Notes under the pieces: generated by a model
The model's database searches: none
What the model was told of the DNA's origin: nothing
Seen by the model: the letters and a program-made list of their open reading frames with translations, nothing else
DNA from: an uncultured Planctomycetaceae bacterium
Lineage (GTDB): Bacteria > Planctomycetota > Planctomycetia > Planctomycetales > Planctomycetaceae
Direction of reading: 5' to 3'
NCBI GenBank assembly: GCA_963976765.1
Contig: CAXBME010000009.1
Location: 186,001 to 250,000, forward strand
DNA length: 64,000 bases
Program-made: the position numbers and the translations under genes
Shown here: positions 51,202 through 59,913 of the stretch, piece after piece
Layout: each line of letters starts with the position of its first letter
How positions within the stretch are numbered: position 1 is the stretch's first letter

Positions 51202-52893
51202 GTGAAACAGGCCATCAATCTGCTCGCTTTCACGGTTGTCCCACTGTGCCTGGCATCGTGCAGTCATGAGCCCAGCCCGGATGAGACGTCACACGAGCAG
51301 CATTCCGTCTCATCAGATACGCATGCGGTGGCTCAGTCGAATGACACCAGTCACACGACGCACAGCTCACACGATGGGCACGGTCAGAATCAACATGCTC
51401 ACGGCGAGCACGGAAACAACCAGCACTCAGTCAGCGATCACGGCCATGCCTCACATGGGCACGCAGACACTTCGCATGGAGAACACGACGCCGCTCACAG
51501 TCGTAACTCCGCGCAGGGTGATAAAGCAGCACATCGGCATCACGGGGTAGATGAAGGGCACTCGAAACACGGCCACACGGCACACGCAAAGGACAAAGAC
51601 GGTCACGACAGTCATGGACACGGCCAGGGAGATGCTCAGCGAAAAGATGACAAGCCGCGTTCGACGACCGACGTGGGCAACGCGGAGACCGAACGACTCG
51701 CAGCCGAACTCGCGGACGCTGATGCCGCGACCATTTTCTCCAGCCGCATTCTGCCGATCCTGAAATCGGACAGTGCTTCAAGCTGCACCGAGTGCCACTT
51801 CGTCGGTGTGGAACTGCGTGACTTCATTCTCGAAGACCAGGCGAAGACGTTCGCGTCGCTGAAGTCCACCGGCATGATCGACGTCGATCAACCGGATAAG
51901 TCAAAGATTCTGCGGTTCATCAGTCGCAAGCAGGAGAAGTCCGATCCGCTTATTGAGAAAGTCCGCTCGACGGAACTCGTTGCGTTCCGGGCATGGATTC
52001 GCGCTGCCGTTCACGAGCCGGAGCTGCTCAAGGCAACGTCAGACGTCGAGGTCGGCACAAGTCTGCCGCCCGCGGTCATCCGGCATGCCCGTCGCGACCG
52101 AGTGCTGTCGTCGTTTATCGACAACATCTGGAGCGAGATGGGCCGTTGCATCAACTGCCACGACCCGGAACGCAACCGCCAGAAGATTGGTCGCAACGGT
52201 TTGACGAAAGAGGACGTCGATGCCATCTCGTGGATCGTCCCGCGTGACCCGGCCGGCACACTGCTTGAACTCGTCGACTCGGGCAACATCGACGTGGACG
52301 ATCCGGCCGCGAGCCTGGTACTCACCAAACCGGCGGGACTCGACGACCACGGCGGCGGGCCAAAGTTCTTTCCTGGCAGCCCAACGTACCGCAACTTCCT
52401 TGCGTTCCTGACGGACTACGTCGACATCAAGAACGGGGAGTACGCAACACCCAGCGACCTGCCTGAAGCACAGGAAGAAATCTCGCTGCTGAGCGAACAG
52501 CAGCTTCGCGTTACCGACATACCCGCCGCCTTCAGCGACCTACCGCTGCAGGTTGACATCTACCGCCGCATCCCCCGCACGGGCAAGTGGTCGGAGCACC
52601 GCTGGGCGACCGGTTTCAGTCGAGTGAACGGCAAACGCCACGTCTGGCAGAACCCGATCCTCGTCACGGCTCCGGCGGACTCACCTTTGGCGAAAGAATT
52701 TCGTGAACGCAAACTCCTGCCGTCTGGCGAATACCGCATCCGCATCCTTATCGACCGGGAGCGTAAGACCGTGAAAGACCCGACGTACGAACTCGCCGAA
52801 GCGGAGTTCGTCGCCGAGGTCCAGATCAGCGGAACCTGGAAACCCGGCTATCAGCCTCCGAAGGAAGTGCGTTTCCCGCCTGCCCGCGATTGA
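51202..52893 (+). CDS. His-rich lipoprotein with two CxxCH (planctomycete cytochrome c-like)
   Basis: GGAG RBS, GTG start, lipobox LASC; about 120-aa His-rich tract; CTECH and CINCH. Confidence 0.8.
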   Translation: MKQAINLLAFTVVPLCLASCSHEPSPDETSHEQHSVSSDTHAVAQSNDTSHTTHSSHDGHGQNQHAHGEHGNNQHSVSDHGHASHGHADTSHGEHDAAHSRNSAQGDKAAHRHHGVDEGHSKHGHTAHAKDKDGHDSHGHGQGDAQRKDDKPRSTTDVGNAETERLAAELADADAATIFSSRILPILKSDSASSCTECHFVGVELRDFILEDQAKTFASLKSTGMIDVDQPDKSKILRFISRKQEKSDPLIEKVRSTELVAFRAWIRAAVHEPELLKATSDVEVGTSLPPAVIRHARRDRVLSSFIDNIWSEMGRCINCHDPERNRQKIGRNGLTKEDVDAISWIVPRDPAGTLLELVDSGNIDVDDPAASLVLTKPAGLDDHGGGPKFFPGSPTYRNFLAFLTDYVDIKNGEYATPSDLPEAQEEISLLSEQQLRVTDIPAAFSDLPLQVDIYRRIPRTGKWSEHRWATGFSRVNGKRHVWQNPILVTAPADSPLAKEFRERKLLPSGEYRIRILIDRERKTVKDPTYELAEAEFVAEVQISGTWKPGYQPPKEVRFPPARD

Positions 52894-52977
52894 CTGCTGC
52901 CGCGACGGCCTCGCTGATATCCTGCAGTGACCGGTGCGTTGAAACCGGGCAACGAACATGGCAGGTGTCCGGCCGGG

Positions 52978-53982
52978 ATGAATCAGGCTGTGGGAAAACG
53001 AAAAGCGGGATTCACACTCATCGAGCTGCTGCTTGTCATCAGCATCATTGCCGTGCTGGTCGCATTGCTGCTGCCCGCTGTTCAGCAGGCCCGTGAGGCT
53101 GCTCGAAGGACGCTGTGCCGAAACCATCTGAAGCAGATTGGGCTGGCGCTGCACAACTATCAGTCGCTGAACGGGAAGTTTCCGCCCAGCTTCTGTGCCG
53201 ACCCGGATACCGACGGTGGCGAGTGGTCCATCCACGCGCGACTGCTGCCGTATCTCGAACACGCCAGTCTGCATGACCTGATTGATTTCGCGGATACATA
53301 CGGCAGCGGTGATTCTGCCACGATTGCCATCCGCACGACCCGGGTCGCTCCGTATCTGTGCCCCAGCGAAGTGAAGGATCAGGCTCGGACAGACAGCACC
53401 GGAACGGCGACCGACTATCCTGTGAACTACGGATTCAACTGCGGCACCTGGCGGGTGTGGGATAACACGACAAAGACTCCAGGCGATGGGGCATTCGCTC
53501 CAAACAGTGCCCTCGCCCCGGCCGCTATCACGGATGGTCTCAGTAATACTCTGGCGGCCGCCGAAGTCGCAGCCTTTACCCATTACCTGCGCGATGGCAG
53601 CGGCGGCTCGGCCACCGCGCCGCCGGCATTCCTGATAGGCACACGTGGCGGAGACTTCAAACACACCGGTCACACCGAGTGGGTTGATGGCCGAGTACAT
53701 CAGACAGGTTTTACGACGACGTTCACGCCAAACACGAAAGTCCACCACGTTGTGGGTGGAGTTGCTTACGACATCGACTTCACTTCATGTCGCGAGGACA
53801 AGCCTGCTTCGGTCTGCACGGGACCTACTTACGCTTCCGTCACCTCGCGCAGTTACCACACGGGACTGGTCCATGTGCTGCTCATGGACGGCTCGGTGCG
53901 ATCTGTCTCCGACTCGATCAACGCCACAATCTGGCAACGACTGGGCTCCAGGAATGACGGAGAGTCACTTGGCGAATTCTGA
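52978..53982 (+). CDS. DUF1559 prepilin-type protein
   Basis: GFTLIELL..LLLPAVQQAREAARR..C.N.LKQIGLALHNY; ITDGLSNT; HTGLVHVLLMDGSV. Confidence 0.92.
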   Translation: MNQAVGKRKAGFTLIELLLVISIIAVLVALLLPAVQQAREAARRTLCRNHLKQIGLALHNYQSLNGKFPPSFCADPDTDGGEWSIHARLLPYLEHASLHDLIDFADTYGSGDSATIAIRTTRVAPYLCPSEVKDQARTDSTGTATDYPVNYGFNCGTWRVWDNTTKTPGDGAFAPNSALAPAAITDGLSNTLAAAEVAAFTHYLRDGSGGSATAPPAFLIGTRGGDFKHTGHTEWVDGRVHQTGFTTTFTPNTKVHHVVGGVAYDIDFTSCREDKPASVCTGPTYASVTSRSYHTGLVHVLLMDGSVRSVSDSINATIWQRLGSRNDGESLGEF

Positions 53983-54289
53983 TCGCCCTGACCGAGTTCG
54001 TCATTGCAGTCCAGATTCTCTGGCAACTGGCACCCAGTCGCCAAAGATCATCCGGTTCCGAAGCAGTGTGACCGACTTTGAAACGAAATGTCTACGAGCG
54101 GGCTGAGTCTTAATCCTCAATTCCACATTATCAGCCGATTGATGACTCTGCCGTTGAAACTTCATTGAGCCTCCAGCTCGATGTGAGGCATCTTCAAGAA
54201 GCTCATTGATACGGGAGTACGGGGCGTAAACTGTCTTCAGGTGAACGAGACAAGGCGACTTCAACGCACAGCATTCGCTTGCCAACCGA

Positions 54290-54560
54290 TGCAGTTGGTG
54301 AAATGGGAGCGGCGTTGAAGTCGAGACGGTTCGCTTCGACAAACGCAAAAGTCTGCTCGCCATGCCAAAGTGGATATCGGTACGACACCATCGACCGGCT
54401 GCTGTTAATTCGATAGGCGAAAGAACTCAGCTTCACTCCCGCAGCAATCAATGGACTACTCTCGTTGAGTGTTGACGAGGCCGCGAAGCGCACCAATGCC
54501 CAAAATCAGGCGCAATCAAATATTGCAGACATCGAAAACTGCATTCGCTCATTGCGGAGT
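54290..54560 (+). pseudogene. Degenerate MerR-family regulator
   Basis: Frame A GVEVETVRFDKRKSLLAMP; frameshift; frame B SGYRYDTIDRLLLIR*AKELSFT..INGLLSL...SNIADIENCIRSLR with TAG at 54414. Confidence 0.75.
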
Positions 54561-54616
54561 CGTAGTCGATACCGATGGAGTAGCTTCTCCGCTATCGACT
54601 ACGAGTTGATCAACTC

Positions 54617-54823
54617 CTAGCGCTGCTTCTCGACATTTCTGAGGATGGTCGAAGCCGATGCGTCCATGGCGTGGCACAGCCGAAGCAGCATGTCAACGGT
54701 TGGAGATTTCCGATCGTTCTCCAGCATCGAAATATAGGTCCTGTCGACCTGGGCGCGATGCGCCAGCTCTTCCTGTGTCAGTCCCGCAGCTTCACGGGCG
54801 GTGCGTAATTCGAATCCCAGCAT
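54617..54823 (-). CDS. XRE-family HTH regulator, R-M controller (C protein)-like
   Basis: 68 aa; [36 protein letters not shown]. Confidence 0.88.
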   Translation of the reverse strand: MLGFELRTAREAAGLTQEELAHRAQVDRTYISMLENDRKSPTVDMLLRLCHAMDASASTILRNVEKQR

Positions 54824-54847
54824 GGCCAGAAGTTACCTGGCCGGCAC

Positions 54848-54883
54848 CCGAATGACTGTTGACTATAGTCAACAGTCATTCGG
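54848..54883. promoter_or_regulatory. Perfect 36-bp palindrome with C-box-like core
   Basis: CCGAATGACTGTTGACTATAGTCAACAGTCATTCGG, 25 bp upstream of the XRE start. Confidence 0.75.
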
Positions 54884-55000
54884 CAGGATAGCATGGCCTG
54901 GAAAGCCTCAGGCTGACTCAGAATCAAGCGATTTGCAGCACCTGTGCCCACACCGACTCAGGGCCTGACTCCTCACCAGTTCTCTTCAAGAGAGGAAGAT

Positions 55001-55465
55001 ATGCGTCATTTCGACACCCGAACCGCCGCTGCGTTTTTCGCCGTCGCGCTGTTGGCCACTGGCGGTTGCTCGCAGCCGAAGTCCGGAACGTACTTCGAGC
55101 CGGAGATCACAGCACGTCACGGCGGATTCTTTTCGTACGACATCAAGTTCACGCTGAACGCCATCAACCAGATCGACTGGATTCGTGACGCCGACAACCA
55201 GGTGACGAATACCAGCACACCAGTCAGCACTGATTTGCGCGAAGTCGAGTTGAATGTGACCGTTCACTACTCGCAGGGGGCAACACATGAGACGCAGGCG
55301 TTTGACGCGAGATGGCAGTTCGGCGAGCAACTGATCGTCAATGTCCCGGCGACAGCGGCAATTCAGGGGTACGACGTTAAGGGCACCGGCTACGTCTTCG
55401 ACGAATCCGGTGCGTACCTCGCCACGGTACCGATCGACTCCAGCTTTCGAACGACTTCGGAATGA
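55001..55465 (+). CDS. Lipoprotein of unknown function
   Basis: AGAGG RBS; signal peptide ending ATGGC; beta-rich body. Confidence 0.7.
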   Translation: MRHFDTRTAAAFFAVALLATGGCSQPKSGTYFEPEITARHGGFFSYDIKFTLNAINQIDWIRDADNQVTNTSTPVSTDLREVELNVTVHYSQGATHETQAFDARWQFGEQLIVNVPATAAIQGYDVKGTGYVFDESGAYLATVPIDSSFRTTSE

Positions 55466-55559
55466 CCGACCGCGGCTGCGGGCTGTCCGTTGGGCGGCCC
55501 GCCGAGCGCCTTCTCTTTATCTATCAGAGCCGGAAGCAAATCCTGGGGAGTCTCAACAA

Positions 55560-55712
55560 ATGTCCCGACGCAAACACACGACGGTTTACAAAGGTCTCTT
55601 CGGTGAAAAGCACATTGTCACAAAATATGACGATCCCAATGGCGACAGTGGCTGTCTCATGTGGATTGTGCTCGGAATTATCTTGTTCGCCCTCGCCCGC
55701 GGATGTTCATGA
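55560..55712 (+). CDS. 50-aa protein with C-terminal TM helix
   Basis: GGGGAG RBS; MSRRKHTT...GCLMWIVLGIILFALARGCS. Confidence 0.55.
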   Translation: MSRRKHTTVYKGLFGEKHIVTKYDDPNGDSGCLMWIVLGIILFALARGCS

Positions 55713-55801
55713 GTGACTGACGAAGGGTTGTCAATATCCGCCCGTCCAGTATTGTGTTCGTCAGTTTACTTTTTGCTTGTCGATTCGGAATGGAGTGTGT
55801 G

Positions 55802-56500
55802 ATGGAGATCATCATTACTGACCTGACGCGATTCAAGAAACGGGACAACGTCTGTACGGCTGGTGTGACCCTCGATGGGGCCGTTGTCCGCCCCTGGCCC
55901 TATCTTCGTTTTGACAACCTGGAAAAACTGGGTATTCACCCTGGAGGAGTTCTCCAGGGTGAATTTCAGAACCTGGAGAAGTCCGCGCCGCACACAGAAG
56001 ATGCCTCTTACGGGAAACTGGTATTCAAAGGCCCTGCGACGAAACAGGCTTTCCGCCAGGTACTGGAACAGACTCTTTTTCCGGGACTGTGTGCAGGATT
56101 TGAAACGGAACTGACGAGCGGCGAGAAGTGCATTCCGGTAGACACTCCGCCTCCGCGATCGCTGATCACGATCAGGATGGACCCCAAGGCATTTTCGATC
56201 GAACAGGATTCGTATGACGTCAGTCGCCTGCGGGCACATTTCACCGATGAGACGGGGATGCGGATGGCGTATGTCGGTGTCACCGATCTTGGCTTTTTCG
56301 ATTACGCGCAGGAACACGCAGCAAGCCCGGCAGATATCGCGAAGCTGGAGGAGTTCATTCAGTCGCAGGATGAACTCTTCCTGCGAGTCGGGTTGAGTCG
56401 CGTCCACAAAGCGCCCGACGGGCGCCACGGCTATTGGATTCAACTGAACGGCATTTATACTTTTCCCAATTACCTTGAGTACATTCGCTGCTACGAGTGA
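55802..56500 (+). CDS. Dual OB-fold domain protein
   Basis: IIITDLTR..VCTAGV..VRP, PHTED, SLITI, RLRAHF..VTD, LRVGLSR, QLNGI; adjacent to DUF488 pair. Confidence 0.65.
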   Translation: MEIIITDLTRFKKRDNVCTAGVTLDGAVVRPWPYLRFDNLEKLGIHPGGVLQGEFQNLEKSAPHTEDASYGKLVFKGPATKQAFRQVLEQTLFPGLCAGFETELTSGEKCIPVDTPPPRSLITIRMDPKAFSIEQDSYDVSRLRAHFTDETGMRMAYVGVTDLGFFDYAQEHAASPADIAKLEEFIQSQDELFLRVGLSRVHKAPDGRHGYWIQLNGIYTFPNYLEYIRCYE

Positions 56501-56522
56501 TGCGTCAGGTTTTCGGATCGTC

Positions 56523-57134
56523 ATGAACGCGGACACGCTGTTTACCATTGGACATTCAAATCGGCAGCTGGATGAATTCATCGAGTTGCTGCAGTTACAG
56601 CAGATTACGGCCATCGCCGATGTCCGTTCGCATCCCAGCAGCAGATTCGCACCGCACTTTAATCAGGAAGCATTACAGGCAGCGCTCCGAGAAAATCAGA
56701 TTGAATACGTGTTCCTCGGCAAGGAACTGGGAGCGCGTCGTGACGAGGCCGGTTGCTATGTCGATGGAGTTGCCCGATACGACCTCATCGAGCAGGCGCC
56801 GCTGTTCAGAGCGGGCCTCGACCGAATTCGCAAAGGGGCCGCAAAATTCAGAATCGCCCTGATGTGTTCCGAAAGAGACCCGCTGACGTGTCATCGGTCG
56901 ATTCTGATCGCCAGATCATTGCGGTGTGATTTCCAGATTCGACACATCGTTTCGAATGACGAACCCGAAAGTCACGAGGATGCAGAGCAACGGTTGCTGG
57001 CGATCTGGGGGCTACCTGCGCGAGCACTCTTCCACGACGAAAACGGATTGCTCGACGAAGCCTACGCCAGACAGGCCAGGGAGATTGCCTGGGCCACTCA
57101 CAAATCAGATCAGACCACTGAAGGCGAAATGTGA
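56523..57134 (+). CDS. DUF488 family protein
   Basis: LFTIGHSN, ADVRSHPSS, ELGAR, LMCSERDPLTCHR. Confidence 0.9.
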   Translation: MNADTLFTIGHSNRQLDEFIELLQLQQITAIADVRSHPSSRFAPHFNQEALQAALRENQIEYVFLGKELGARRDEAGCYVDGVARYDLIEQAPLFRAGLDRIRKGAAKFRIALMCSERDPLTCHRSILIARSLRCDFQIRHIVSNDEPESHEDAEQRLLAIWGLPARALFHDENGLLDEAYARQAREIAWATHKSDQTTEGEM

Positions 57135-57580
57135 CCTCGAATATTCAGACATACACAATCGGTTTTACAAAAAAGTCAGCCGAGGACTTCTTTTCGTTGC
57201 TTGCTGAAGCTGGTGTCAAACGACTGTTGGATGTTCGATTGAACAACAGTTCGCAACTGGCGGGCTTCGCGAAACGGGACGACCTGCGGTACTTCCTCAA
57301 GTCGATCTGCGGGATCGAATATGAACACGTACCCGATCTGGCACCGACGAAGGACATTCTCGATGCCTACAAGAAACATGGTGGGGACTGGGAAGTTTAC
57401 GAACAGGAATTCCTGGAACTGATGGCACGACGAGGAATCGCATCGCAACTTCAACCGTCGCAATTCGACGGAGCCTGTCTGCTGTGCAGCGAACACCTGC
57501 CGAAGCTGTGCCATCGACGACTGGTGGTCGAATATCTCGACCAGGAATGGGGGCAGGTCTCTGTGAACCACCTCACGTAA
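57131..57580 (+). CDS. DUF488 family protein (second subtype)
   Basis: YTIGFTKKSAEDFF, DVRLNNSSQLAGFAK, LAPT, LLCSEHLPKLCHRR; GTGA overlap. Confidence 0.9.
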   Translation: MTSNIQTYTIGFTKKSAEDFFSLLAEAGVKRLLDVRLNNSSQLAGFAKRDDLRYFLKSICGIEYEHVPDLAPTKDILDAYKKHGGDWEVYEQEFLELMARRGIASQLQPSQFDGACLLCSEHLPKLCHRRLVVEYLDQEWGQVSVNHLT

Positions 57581-57765
57581 GCAATCACCAGTCCGCCGTT
57601 CGATCGGCGAACGCGAGGGTCTGCTCACTGACCTGCCAAAAGTAGACGAGGGCGAAACACCGCCGATCAACTCATTGAGCGATAATCGTCGGTGGAATTG
57701 CGGCGTAGCGCCGCGGGCGTCTGTTTTCGCGTCACATTGCTCGTGATCGAGTAGACTCAGTCCGT

Positions 57766-58704
57766 ATGACCCGATCCGTTCCAACACAACATGGACCACT
57801 GCCTCACCTCGACACGTTTTCAAAGGCGGCCGAGCTGGGTAGCTTTACGGCTGCTGGCCGTGAACTGGGGATTACGCAGGCGGCGGTCAGTCAGCGCGTG
57901 CAGGCTCTGGAGCGATCCCTTGACGTGGCGCTTTTTGAGCGGAAAGGCGGTCGGGTCTCTCTGACAGAGTCGGGGACGCGGCTGTACGAGTACGCTCAGA
58001 GGATTCTGGATTTGCATCGTGAGGCTCGGGTAACAGTGACCGGGGCCGAGTTGCCGGTTGAGGGCGAACTATTGCTGGCGGCCAGTTCTATTCCCGGCGA
58101 GCACCTGTTGCCGGCCGCTTTGTCGATCTTTCGGAGTCGGCATCCGGGAATCTCGGTAAGGGCGTCGGTGGAAGACAGCATGGCCGTGCTGGGGCATGTT
58201 GAGTCTGGACGCGTACAACTCGGGCTCGTCGGCCGGCAGATTGAGAAGGCACATTTGCTTTTCCGGCCGTTTGCGTCTGATGAGTTGTTGCTGATTGTCG
58301 CGGCGGACAACCGTTGGAAACGACGGCGGAAGTTGCGTCTGTCGGATGTACTGCGGAGACCACTGATTCTCAGGGAACCCGGTTCCGGCAGTCGATGGTG
58401 CCTCGAACAGGCTCTGCTTCGAGTTGGACATAGCGTTGATGACCTCAATGTCGAACTTGAGCTGGGCAGCAACGAAGCGATCAAGGAAGCCGTTCTGAAC
58501 GGAACTGGAGTCGCAGTGCTGTCACGATTCGCTGTGCAACGTGAGCTGGATGACGGGCGACTTCACAGCGTGAAGATCGACGATCTGGAACTGTCACGCA
58601 GGTTGTACGTTGTCTCGGATTCCCGGCGTGCGTTGCCTCGGCCCGCGCGAGCGTTTCTGCAGTTCGTGCTGGCACGCTGCGACCAGTTTCTGATGCCGGA
58701 ATGA
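57766..58704 (+). CDS. LysR-family regulator (CysL / selenium-associated subtype)
   Basis: HTH GSFTAAGRELGITQAAVSQRV; ASSIPGEHLLP; REPGSGSR; GSNEAIK. Confidence 0.92.
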   Translation: MTRSVPTQHGPLPHLDTFSKAAELGSFTAAGRELGITQAAVSQRVQALERSLDVALFERKGGRVSLTESGTRLYEYAQRILDLHREARVTVTGAELPVEGELLLAASSIPGEHLLPAALSIFRSRHPGISVRASVEDSMAVLGHVESGRVQLGLVGRQIEKAHLLFRPFASDELLLIVAADNRWKRRRKLRLSDVLRRPLILREPGSGSRWCLEQALLRVGHSVDDLNVELELGSNEAIKEAVLNGTGVAVLSRFAVQRELDDGRLHSVKIDDLELSRRLYVVSDSRRALPRPARAFLQFVLARCDQFLMPE

Positions 58705-58740
58705 GTATCCGCGGCGGGCACTCGTGCCGTCGCGCCAAGC

Positions 58741-58757
58741 CATAAGTTCAGCTTATG
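58741..58757. promoter_or_regulatory. LysR-type T-N11-A box
   Basis: CATAAG-TTCAG-CTTATG dyad between lysR and the desaturase gene. Confidence 0.6.
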
Positions 58758-58861
58758 CAGTGCTCGCGGGTATCACCATGCGCGACTCACGGGAGACACG
58801 AAGGCGGCGTTAGGCTTCTCGGCCCACCAATGCCAGACTCTCGTTCGATGAACTGAACTCC

Positions 58862-59722
58862 ATGACAGTTTTCATGCTCGCGGTGGAATCACTTGCGACT
58901 GACGCCGGCTGGCTGCCGCAGCTTGTCAGTATTCGGCTGACGCTGCCAATTGTCATGCTGGCGGCGCTCTGGGTGTGGGAAACCGCGAGTCCGTTCTTCG
59001 AGCTGTAAAAACAACGCGGTCGGCACGCAATACGAAATCTGTCGATGGCGACAATGAATGCCGCCGTGATCGGGCTGCTGTTTGGGACGGCTACGGTTGT
59101 CGTATCAAGCTGGGTTGTTGAAAACCGTTGCGGGCTGCTGCAGTTCTCGGACGGTTTTGCTGAGGGCCGGTTTTTCGCGGGACTGCTCCTGCTCGATGGC
59201 TGGATGTACGTGTGGCACTGGCTGAACCACCGCGTTCCGCTGCTCTGGCGTTTTCACCGGGTGCATCACAGCGACCCGAACATGGACGTCACGACCGCGA
59301 CACGATTTCATCTCGGCGAGCACATGATTTCGGCCAGCCTGAGACTGATGCTGATCCCGCTTCTGGGCCTGAGCATCTGGCAGATCGTCGTTTACGAAAT
59401 GGCCGTCGTCGCAATGACGCACTTCCATCACGCGAATATCTCGGTTGGACGAGCCGATCGCTGGTTGCGTTGTCTGGTGGTCACGCCGGACATGCACAAG
59501 GTCCACCACTCGCGATGGCAACCGGAGACGGATTCCAATTACGCAGTCGTTTTATCAATCTGGGACCACCTTGCCCAGACGTTTCGGCTGTGTCCCAATC
59601 CCCACCGCATCAATTTCGGGCTTGATGAGTTCTCTGATGACCGATGGCAGTCGATTCGAGGCATGCTCAAGACACCACTGGCCAACACGCCTGATTCGCG
59701 GAGTACGGAATCGACAGAGTAA
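58862..59722 (+). pseudogene. Sterol desaturase / fatty acid hydroxylase family gene with in-frame TAA
   Basis: His boxes HWLNH, HRVHH, HFHH, HKVHH; family-like N-terminus (LWVWETASPFF..RHAIRNL) is in frame but cut by TAA at 59006-59008. Confidence 0.75.
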
Positions 59723-59799
59723 GCCTCAGGAACCCGGTCGTAGAAACGCCAGGTTTGCCGGCACCTACAGTCACTGTTCTCGATTTTCAAAAGAAAGCC

Positions 59800-59824
59800 T
59801 TGACTCCGTAGTGTGGTACGGAGT
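59800..59824 (+). promoter_or_regulatory. mer-type operator/promoter
   Basis: TTGACT then dyad ACTCCGTA-N6-TACGGAGT, close to the classic mer operator. Confidence 0.75.
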
Positions 59825-59851
59825 GCTGTCTCAGGTACAGGAGACAGTGAT

Positions 59852-59905
59852 ATGACAACTGGCAGCGGAAGTCTGTCGATCGGGCAGTTGGCAAAGCGGG
59901 CCGGG
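59852..59905 (+). pseudogene. 5' stub of a MerR-family gene
   Basis: AGGAG RBS then MTTGSGSLSIGQLAKRAG; similarity ends where the convergent gene ends. Confidence 0.65.
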
Positions 59906-59913
59906 CGACGATT

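Noticed and set aside
51290..51640. His-codon periodicity as a possible repeat array
   Set aside because: Low-complexity coding tract with no fixed repeat-spacer structure.
52681..53748. 355-aa - strand ORF
   Set aside because: Shadow of DUF1559.
54203..54496. 97-aa - strand ORF
   Set aside because: Antisense reading of the MerR relic.
55766..56614. 282-aa - strand ORF
   Set aside because: Shadow of the dual-OB gene.
59006..59008. Selenocysteine or pyrrolysine recoding of the in-frame stop, given the selenium-type LysR neighbour
   Set aside because: The codon is TAA, not TGA or TAG, and the position is not a catalytic Cys site.
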